Source: Ministeria vibrans ATCC 50519
Taxonomy: Eukaryota > Protista > Filasterea
Direction: 5' to 3'
DNA: 64,000 bases
Assembly (NCBI GenBank): GCA_943704425.1
Contig: CALSCP010001656.1
Span: 1-64,000 of the forward strand
Shown: piece after piece, positions 30,004 to 38,894 of the stretch
Position numbering within the stretch: position 1 is the stretch's first letter
Layout: each line of letters opens with the position of its first letter
Translations under genes and position numbers: made by a program
The notes under the pieces: model-generated
What the model was told of the DNA's origin: nothing
The model's input: the letters and a program-made list of their open reading frames with translations, nothing else
Database searches by the model: none

Positions 30004-30831
30004 ATGGCTGGACACACAATAATCGTCTCGCGCAGCCACTACGCAACCCCGCCGCTCAATGACTTCCCTCTAATTAAAGGTGTTACCCGCACTGCTCTTG
30101 CGCTTCTCAACAAAGGCCTCACTGTCAGTGTTCTTTCGGACGAGCCAATGTCAGAAAAATTGGACGAACTTCTTGAGGGCATTCGTATGTCGCGCCTGAC
30201 GTGGACCAACGCCGCCATTAGCCACCAGAACATCCGCCGACAGTTTGCAATGGCAGCTGATCGACTTGCTGGCGACGACCAGAGTGCGACGCGTCAGCTC
30301 CTCGTCATCTTTATTGGCAACGAAGTGCTTAATTTACATGGAGTGTATCATTTCGCGACCGACGACATTGTCCGCCTCAACGAAGTGCCCCCTCGCGGTC
30401 AGTACGCAGGCGGGTATTCCGTTGATCAGCTGCACTCTGACGTGGCGCTTGGTCAATGGCGCAAGGTGTTGGTTATTTTCGACACATGCTATGGTGACAG
30501 TCTAGTTGACAACGCAGCACATTATCCGCCCTGCGCTGCCACTCTCGAGGACACGACGGCCGAGTCCTTTCAGCAGACTTCATACCAGGTAGTTGCGTCT
30601 AAGGGACTGGCGTACGCCGGTGGCGGAAGTACTGTCCTGCAGAGAGCCCTTCAGAGGGTGTGGTGGAGAAATGCAGTTGAGCCAGCGCCACTCACTCCGA
30701 TCGGACAGATTGTGTCGCTAGTCAATGCCCAACTGCCTGACCATCTCGATCCATACGAGCAGTCGTGCGCCGTTGCTCGCCTTCCATGGGGCGATCCCCA
30801 CACAAACATTGGCGAATTTGCTCTCTTTTAG
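30004..30831 (+). CDS. Intronless caspase-like (peptidase C14/CHF fold) protein, probably catalytically altered
   Basis: 275-aa ORF flanked by AT-rich DNA. LLVIFIGNE sits where FAGHG is expected, KVLVIFDTCYG where DACHSG is expected, and the C-terminal Q...L....GEFALF resembles bacterial caspase-domain proteins. Confidence 0.65.
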   Translation: MAGHTIIVSRSHYATPPLNDFPLIKGVTRTALALLNKGLTVSVLSDEPMSEKLDELLEGIRMSRLTWTNAAISHQNIRRQFAMAADRLAGDDQSATRQLLVIFIGNEVLNLHGVYHFATDDIVRLNEVPPRGQYAGGYSVDQLHSDVALGQWRKVLVIFDTCYGDSLVDNAAHYPPCAATLEDTTAESFQQTSYQVVASKGLAYAGGGSTVLQRALQRVWWRNAVEPAPLTPIGQIVSLVNAQLPDHLDPYEQSCAVARLPWGDPHTNIGEFALF

Positions 30832-30900
30832 ACAGTACACAGAGACTTTTTGTTTGTGATTTTTTTATTTTTACTTTCGTCATTTCCATTGCATTTCAGT

Positions 30901-31988
30901 TCACGTAGCTAATCTCTGGGCGTTGACCAGCACATCTGCATCCTCCAAGTCCTCCTGAACGACGCTGACGAGCTGCTGAAGGCCCTGCTGCTGGGCTTCA
31001 AGAAACACGTTCATCTTGCGTGACGACGTCTCCTCAATCGAACACGACTCGACGTCGGGCTGACTCAGTGCCTGGTCCTACATACACATACACACGCACG
31101 TATACACACATAAGAACTCTTATTTACAGATATATTATTTTGTGATTGCACCTGCATGTGGATCTGCCATTTGAGCTCCTTCAGCCGGCCCTTGTACTGT
31201 GTCGGGCGATTGAGTTCGCGCTCAATACCCTCCAGCTTGAGCCGCAGTACCTCCTCGTCCTCCTGCATCTGCATCCCTGTACTCGCCTGCATCTTTGCCA
31301 TGGCACTCATCAACTTCAGTACTCGATGGCTCAGGTCCCGTTGCCTGCGCTTGCACTCCTCCAACTACAACAAAAAAACAAAAGAGCAAGATGGAGAGAA
31401 AAGAAGCAAAGTGATGGACACANNNNNNNNNNNNNNNNNNNNNNAACAAAGTGAAAAAAACAAAGAGATAAAAAAAAGAGAGCAGACATGTGCGTGTCAG
31501 TGAGAGTATAAGTGAGTTGCACCTCCCTACAATCTTTTTGGTTTCCTCCTCGTGCTTCTGTCGTGTCTCCGACAACATGTGGTCAATGCAGGTCAGGTTC
31601 TTCGCCAGCAGCTTGGCATGCTCCGCCTGGTCCTCGGCACGCCGCAGCACGTCCGCAAAGCCCACTGCCTGCACCGGCACAAAGCGTGTTGCGTCCGGGT
31701 TGCTCATCATCGCCAGCTCCCACAGTTGCGGCGACGTGTCGGGCGGACACGCGTACTCTTGGTGCGCCGACCCCTTGACCGAATAGAACATTTTCTACAA
31801 ATGTATGTGCCCCATTTTAAAAGTCAGTTTCCTCGTTTTCTCGAGTGCCTTTGAAAGTGTGTACCTTGAGCGGGCACTGCATGTCAGTGGGATCGGCCGA
31901 TGTGCGAATGACGCGCAGTCGTTCGGCAATCTTTTCGTATTCTGTCAGTTGCTGTGGCGCTGCGTGGCCACCAGGCTGCCACATTGCC

Positions 31989-32020
<32 letters not shown>

Positions 32021-32667
32021 CTGTTGCTGTCCGCCATACTGCATCTAATCAACGAAAATAAGCACAAAATATACTTCCTTCAAGGCTTCAACGACTCACC
32101 GACAGACCCGTTTGCAAGGCGCCACCCCCACCAAAGCCTCCTGTGGCTGCACGCGGCGCTCCAAACCCTCCGCCTCCTGCTGCTGCACCAAAGCCTCCTA
32201 GTGTGGGTCTCGCAGCTCCTGCGCCAAACGCGGTAGGAGCAGCACCAGCACCAGCACCAGTAGGTCGCACTCCAAAACCGGTCGCTGCTGATGCTGTAGT
32301 CCCAAATCCTTTTGCTGCTCCAAATCCTCCGCCCACAGTCGGCCTTGCGGCTCCTCCAAACCCCGTGGCACCCGTCGACGCACCAAACCCGCCCGTCGCG
32401 GCAGGCTTTGCGCCAAAGCCAGTCGCACCAGCGGGCCGGGGCGCTCCAAAGCCGCCCGTTGCCCCAAACCCGCCCGTCGCTGCTCCTCCTCCTCCAAATC
32501 CCGCAGCAGCAGGTCGAGGAGCTGCCCCGCCAAACCCCCCGGTGGCTGCAGGCGCACCAAATCCTGTCGGCTTTGCTCCAAACCCTAAAAAAAAAAAAAA
32601 ACGTTGTTTCAAAACGTTTTGTTTTCCTCAAACCCCCCCCGCCCCCCTCTTTTCCCCTACCGCTCAT
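30901..32667 (-). CDS. NUP54: FG-nucleoporin Nup54
   Basis: GFG repeats, then WELAMMSNPDATRFVPVQAVGFADVLRR, LSHRVLKLM and EEVLRLKLE...LNRPTQYKGRLKEL; multi-exon, with an N gap in an intron. Confidence 0.9.
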
Positions 32668-32837
32668 GTAGTTAACCCGATTGAAAATAGTAGAGCACAG
32701 AGCCAACGGTGTAAAAGGAAACACAGGAAATATCAATAAACGATGATGCGATCAACGTGATCACAGATCAACGTGTAGAGATTCGAGTCACAAATTCACA
32801 AGTCATAACTCAATACAAATCACAAACTCACAATTCA

Positions 32838-34071
32838 ATGTCTAATCGACAGGGCTATCCACATCACGTGTCGTCGTCACCTTCTGGAGCACTGGATAGC
32901 CCCTCGGCGGACGTACGGATTCGAATTGGAGGCGCCGTCGCAACTTTTCCCAACGACGACGCCACTGGGAAGAATCGGCACCAGCGAGGCGTCCTCTTCG
33001 GCATCCGACGTGTACACATTCATGTTTTCATGCTCTCCAACCCCTCCTTGTTCTGTTTGTTTGCCTCCGTGTTCCTCTTTCGTCGTTCTTGTCAAAATGT
33101 CGAGACCACCAAACTCTGACACTCACGCCTCTCTCTCCGCTCTCCCTCCATCTCTCCCTCGTGCCTTCTTCTTCCCTTTCATGTGTGTAGTCTTGGCGAC
33201 TGCTTCCCACGATGCAGCGAGTCGCCATTGTGCTGATCACGATGGCCTTCGCCTTTCTCATGGTCATGCCTGCGTCATGGACACACGCACACGCAACTTA
33301 CTCCTTCTCGGCGGGCGTCGGCCACCTTGACGACGAGTTTGCCGCGTCTGCGCGCAACACAACACATGCCTTATTGGATCTGCTGAGTAAACGTGCCCAC
33401 GAAATTGCCGTGCTGTCGCGCGAGCTCGACCAGTTGCGTGCAGAGAACAAGCGACTGCAACGACAGGGCGGTATGGACGAGGCAGAGATGCGACGACGCA
33501 TGCGTGTCACTGTCGACGCTGAGCAGGAGCTAAGCCGTGCGCTGGAGGAGTCTCGCGTTGTCAAGGAACAAATGATGGAAAATAGACGCGGAGAGCACGA
33601 AGAAGAGGGGGGAAGAGAGGCAAGTCATGACGAACAGGAGGCACTCTTGAAGGAGGAGGAAGCGAAGAAGAAGATGATGAAGAAGAAGAGGGTGCGTGGA
33701 CCGAACATTCCATTGGCGAGCAGCCACAACGAACGGCAGCGGGCGGTGGTGGACGCCTACCGATGGGCATGGAAGGGCTACAAGGAGTATGCGTGGGGCA
33801 AGGACGAGCTGCTTCCCATCAGCCAGACGAGCAGCACTTGGTTTGATCTGGCGCTGACCATGGTTGACGGCCTTGACACAATGCTCATCATGGGCCTGCG
33901 CGACGAATTTGACGAGGCTGCGGCGTGGATGAAACAGTCGTGGTCGCTCGACTCGCCCAAGGATGTCAATTTGTTTGAGACAACCATCCGTATTCTGGGG
34001 GGTCTTCTGGCGACACACCATCTTTCGCACGATACTTTTTTCCTTGACAAAGCTGTACGACAAAAAAAAAG

Positions 34072-34110
<39 letters not shown>

Positions 34111-35583
34111 CGCCTAATAATGATAATAATAAAAATTGTCCATACCGAAGAGGAACCTTGCATACGCGAAATGACAATTTTGCTGGCGAGAGTCTTTGAG
34201 GTTCCCGGCTCGCCCACAATGGAGAGTGGAATTCCATTCTGGAAGCACACGGTGATGGCAAAGACGTTCTCCTCAAAAGCACGGTTGGGGCAAATACCGG
34301 CGGGCACGTCCATGACAGACGCATAGTTATGGAGCGCGTGCCCAAACACACGGCGGAGATAGTCCACGCCGCCGTTGCGCGCAACCCACTCGCAGTTGGC
34401 CACACATGCTTCAAACGCCTCGCGGAGCGTCTCATCCAAACGCAGGTAGCCCACGGTGAGGACGGCAAGCAAAAATGAATTGATCATCAGGTCGAGTTCT
34501 TGCTTGGCCAACGCGCCCAAATTGGAAATTTGGTCGCTGTGGAAGAACTCGGCAAGACGAATCACGCGCTGGATGTCGCGCTGGCTCACCGAGTGGCGCA
34601 AATGCTCAGCGTGCGGTGCGCTCACCGTTGTCGCGTGATGGCGTTCGGGGTCGGAGGCACGCGCGGCAGCCGCAGCCGCAGCGGCAATTTCGTGCGGGTC
34701 ACAGTCGAGAAAGAAGGTGTGACCCGCAATGACAAGACTGGTCAAGTCTCCAATGTGCACTGCGTCACCCCCAAGCTTGTCAAAGACCACGTGTGAGGCA
34801 GAGAGGCAACTGCGCACGTACTCGTGCAGCTTGTTGCCCTCAAGAGAGTCCCAGTGCAACACAAACTCGGCCAAAGCACCTCCGATGGGGCTGACAGCGT
34901 AGCGACCCACCTCGGCCGGATTGATGGCAGCCACAAAGCTCACGTTGGGTGGTACACCAATGTCGAGAGCAGGCCACACACGATCGACCACAAGCGACTT
35001 GAAGAACCCACGCAGGCTGAGACACGTGTTCATCTCGTCAAGGAACACCACAAAGACTTCCTTGGGACAGCTGAGGGCACGTCGGAAGACGGGACGAAAG
35101 CGTGTCATGGCCTCCGCTTCGGTCACCGTCATGTCCAGGCGCAACGCGACAAATGTTGTTGCGTAAGGCGTAGCAAAAAATTCAGAGAGGATCGAAACGG
35201 GCGAGTCCAGTGGCACCGCAGCAACTGCCGCTTTTCCCTCCAGCGCAGCAATGCTCGTCCTCACCTCAGCAACATCGCGGTCCTCAGCCGACAACAAACA
35301 CGTTTCAGTCGTCGGCATGCTTGTTGAAGCGCTCGCTGTTGCCTCTGTCGCTCCTTCAGATGATGATGGTGTTGGCGCTGCTGTTGCATCACCCTCGTCG
35401 TCGTTGGTCTCGGCCGCGTCACGGCGACTAAACTGATCGACAGCAAATCGAAGAGCGTCGGTGGGTGCAAGTTCGGGACGACGGGTCAGCTCGTTCTTAA
35501 CGTAGTGCACAATGAGGGAGGACATGACAGTCGACTGATGTGTGGCATCACGCACAAATTCAAGCACCTTGTCGANNNNNNNN

Positions 35584-35640
<57 letters not shown>

Positions 35641-37147
35641 TGATAGAGAGAGAGAATCAAAGTGATAGAGAGTGAGAAACAAAGTGATAGAGAGAGAGAA
35701 ACTAAGGAATAGAAGAGAGAATGAGTGTGTATGATATGATATGATATGATATGATATGATATGATATGATATGACTATAATTATGATATGATGTGATATA
35801 ATATGTGATGTGGCGTAGCGGGATTTGGGGGACCGGCTGATGTGTGCATTTGAGACCAATTCCGGTGTGCCACTGTCGGACGTGAATCTGCGCACGCGTA
35901 AGGCACACGGGCCCGCCTGGGGCAGCGACAGCTCCACCAGCGAAGTCACAACTATTCAGGTAGGGCCACATTATAGTGACTTTTATATTCTCATCTTTTT
36001 CCACTTTGTTTTTCTCTCTATATTGCTCTGTTTCTTTTCTTTCCTCCTTCTATCACGTTCTTTCTTTTTCTCTATCACTTGGTTTCTTCTCCTTTTTCTT
36101 TCTGTCACTTTCTTTCTCCCTCTCCTTCTCTTTTCTCTTCAGCTCGAGTTCAACTACCTGTCACGCGTCACAGGTGACCCCAAGTACGCGGCTGCGGCCA
36201 ACCGAGTGATGGATGTGGTGTTCCGGCAGCCCACGACGGACGGGCTGGTTCCGATCTGGATCAGCCCTGACAAGGGCACTTTCCGCGGGTCCACCATCAC
36301 CATGGGTGCACGCGGCGACTCCTACTACGAGTATCTCTTCAAGGGCTGGCTCCTGTCTCACAAGACAGATGTGCGCCTCAAGGATCAATACGAGAAGGTA
36401 GCAACAGCAGCAGCCGTGTGTGCGTCTATGTTGTTCACACTCACTCTCATGCATGCATACGTCGTATAACCCCTTTGACATATTTAGGCGGTCAAAGGGA
36501 TTCGCAAGCATCTCGTCAAGACGACGCCGCACGGCCTTGTCATTGTAGGCGAGCTCATCTCAGGGTCCTTTTCGCCTAAAATGGACCATCTGGCGTGCTT
36601 CCTTCCCGGCGTGCTGGCGATGGGCGCGCACCACGGCCTGGCGTCCGCCGACCTCACACTAGGCAAGCAGGTCCTCGACACCTGTATCCGCACGTACACG
36701 TCGACGCCCACGGGCCTTGCCCCCGAGATCACCCACTTTAACATGGGCGGCGGCCAGGGTGGCAACGACATGATCATGAAGGCGCAGGACTCGCACAACC
36801 TGCTGCGCCCCGAGACCCTCGAGAGCATCTACTACATGTATCAGCTTACCAAGAACGAAACTTATCGCGACATTGGCTGGCGCATCTTCCAGTCTTTTGA
36901 GAAGCACTGTCGCGTCTCCTCGGGCGGCTATACCTCGCTCAAGTCTGTCTTGCAGGTGCCACCACCCACCCGCGACAAGATGGAGAGCTTCTTCCTTGGC
37001 GAGACCCTCAAGTATCTTTTCCTGCTCTTCTCCGACGACTCTGTCATGTCTCTCGATCAATATGTCTGGAACACTGAGGCACACGCTCTTCCCATCTATG
37101 ACGATGACGACCAGACACAGGATGACACGGGCGCTCCTCTCATTTGA
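32838..37147 (+). CDS. MAN1B1: ER mannosyl-oligosaccharide 1,2-alpha-mannosidase (GH47, type II membrane protein)
   Basis: TM segment after SWRLLPTMQR; AWKGYKEYAWGKDELLP, NLFETTIRILGGLL, GARGDSYYEY, MDHLACF, LLRPETLES, KMESFFLGETLKYLFLLF and NTEAH. Contains an abnormally long intron at 34055-35818. Confidence 0.95.
34146..35575 (-). CDS. Partial RNF213/mysterin-like dynein-related AAA+ ATPase exon inside the mannosidase intron
   Basis: Open ~476 codons: Walker B VVFLDEMNT, FVAAINP, SVSQRDIQR, NRAFEENVFAITVC..GIPLSIVGEPGTSKT (RNF213 has ILFFDEANT, IAACNP, VSLRDVER, NLALKENVF..KIPLFLVGKPGSSKS). Ends at a GT donor at 34145 and is cut by the N gap at 35576. Confidence 0.8.
35583..35795. repeat. 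(GA)n, AAAGTGATAG units and (ATGAT)n pentamer next to an N gap
   Basis: Directly visible; the N gap is at 35576-35582. Confidence 0.9.
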
Positions 37148-37213
37148 AAATCAAAAAATAAAAAATATGTACAATTACTTTCACTTTTTGTTGTTGTTTT
37201 GTTCCGTTACGCG

Positions 37214-38044
37214 TTACAATGCTGCCGTCGAGGAAGAAGATGGCTCGACAGTTGTTGTAGATCGTTGCTGCTGGAGGAGTTCGGTTTTGCGGCGCTTGCG
37301 ACTCTCCAACTGTTCCAACAGCTCGCGCTTCTTCTCCACTCTTCCTTCGTGTGCGGCATCCTCAGCCGCCTGTGCAGCCAAGACTGCTTCCAACTCGTCC
37401 ACTTCAGAACTTGCTGCTGCTGTTGCAGCTGTGGCTGTAGTTGTTGGTGTTGAAGACGACTCTGCGGTCGTTGTGGACTGTTGCTGCAAGAGCGCCGTCT
37501 TGCGTCGCTGCAGGTCCTCCAGCTGTTCCACCAACATGCGCTTCTTCTCCACTCTTCCTTCGTGTGCGGCATCCTCAGCCGCCTGTGCAGCCAAGACTGC
37601 TTCCAACTCGTCCACTTCAGAACTTGCTGCTGCTGTTGCAGCTGTAGCTGTAGTTGTTGGTGTTGAAGACGACTCTGCGGTCGCTGTGGACTGCTGCTGC
37701 AGGAGCGCCGTCTTGCGTCGCTGCAGGTCCTCCAGCTGCTCCACCAACATGCGCTTCTTCTCCAAACGTGCCTCATGCGCGGCGTTTTCAGCCTCCTTCT
37801 CGGCCAAGACCGCCTCCAGCTCTTCGCATTGAGCCTCCTCAGCGGCCACGACGGCCGGCAGCCCGTCCTCCTCTTGCTTCTTCCGGTCGCGGTGACGCTT
37901 TGCAGCAATGCGGTTGAGCTCTCTCTGGCGCACCTCGACGGCCTTGTCACGCGCCGCGTCGCTGTCCAAAGACTCCAAATACATTTGAAAGGCCGGTAGT
38001 GCAAGGGCGCCCAGCATCTGCTGCATCTCCTTGTCCTTTTTCAT
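37214..38044 (-). CDS. Intronless bZIP-like protein with three tandem ~71-aa coiled-coil repeats
   Basis: Basic region RQRELNRIAAKRHRDRKK (N-x7-R pattern), followed by repeats of ELEAVLA...EKKR.L.EQLE.....KT.LLQQQ. Confidence 0.7.
   Translation of the reverse strand: MKKDKEMQQMLGALALPAFQMYLESLDSDAARDKAVEVRQRELNRIAAKRHRDRKKQEEDGLPAVVAAEEAQCEELEAVLAEKEAENAAHEARLEKKRMLVEQLEDLQRRKTALLQQQSTATAESSSTPTTTATAATAAASSEVDELEAVLAAQAAEDAAHEGRVEKKRMLVEQLEDLQRRKTALLQQQSTTTAESSSTPTTTATAATAAASSEVDELEAVLAAQAAEDAAHEGRVEKKRELLEQLESRKRRKTELLQQQRSTTTVEPSSSSTAAL
37225..37825. repeat. Coding tandem repeat, 213-bp unit, about 3 copies
   Basis: ACTTCAGAACTTGCTGCTGCTGTTGCAGCT occurs at 37401 and 37614 (period 213); the units are near-identical. 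Confidence 0.92.
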
Positions 38045-38152
38045 CGTTCGTTGAATATTAAAGGAGTAAATTTATTTACTTTACTGATCTTGCGAAATGC
38101 TGACGGGTCGTTCAGAATTGAGAATTCACTTATCAACGCATTTCTTTCAGCT

Positions 38153-38521
38153 ATGCCAAAGTCGTCGTCGTCGTCATCGTCGTCGGAACCCGTCGCGGAT
38201 GTTGATCCGGCGCTGATCCGATTTACTCACTCGCGCATCCGTCCGCTCTTTTCGGACGGTCGTGAAGTGCGCGCGACTCTTGCAGACATTCTGGCGGGCA
38301 AGACACAGGTGTCGGACATCCCCATGCTTGCAGTGATCATGGTCGACGGCGAGCACTACTCCATGAACAACCGGCGGCTGTGGGTCTTCAAGGAGCTGCG
38401 CGCACGCGACTTCCTCCAAACCATCCCGGTGCGACTCAAGCCTCCGCCAGACGGCAAGCGCATGAGCGACCGCTTCACTCCGGCCGGCTGTGCCCTCTCG
38501 GCGAAGTTCCAGAGGAAGTAG
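38153..38521 (+). CDS. Small ParB/sulfiredoxin-like domain protein (possible extra 3' exon to ~38715)
   Basis: DPALIRFTHSRI..FSDGR..T..D...G....IP...V......YSMNNRRLWVFK; NNRR aligns with the ParB/Srx DG-x-RR position. Confidence 0.6.
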   Translation: MPKSSSSSSSSEPVADVDPALIRFTHSRIRPLFSDGREVRATLADILAGKTQVSDIPMLAVIMVDGEHYSMNNRRLWVFKELRARDFLQTIPVRLKPPPDGKRMSDRFTPAGCALSAKFQRK

Positions 38522-38567
38522 TGTCACTGTGTGCCCACGAATGAAGGTGCGGCATGGGCAGTGGGCG

Positions 38568-38599
<32 letters not shown>

Positions 38600-38894
38600 G
38601 ACAGAGAGAGAGAGTGAAAGAGAGATGCTGAGACTGTGCTTCTGTCTGGTCGTAGGATGGAAAGAAGACCTCGCCAGCACGTGTCATATCACAATACCAG
38701 AGCAGGAATGATGTAGCTAACGTCCTCTTGACGGGCAGAAAATGTAAAGACCGATATGTCTCTCGAATCTTTGAATTGTTTAAATCACTTCATAGTTAAT
38801 ATTGATGATGCACTTCATTCATTTTTTATATTCGGATTGTCGTTGCCAACATCCGTCGAAGCATCTATCAAAGAAACACAGTTTTACATGGAAT

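Noticed and set aside
31423-31444. N run within NUP54
   Set aside because: Assembly gap inside an intron; the flanking exons are consistent.
32143-32739. Pro-rich plus-strand ORF (PNPP repeats)
   Set aside because: Antisense of the NUP54 GFG repeats.
37225-37825. Regular repeats as a possible CRISPR or non-coding array
   Set aside because: The units are contiguous, in-frame coding repeats with no unique spacers, in a eukaryotic context.
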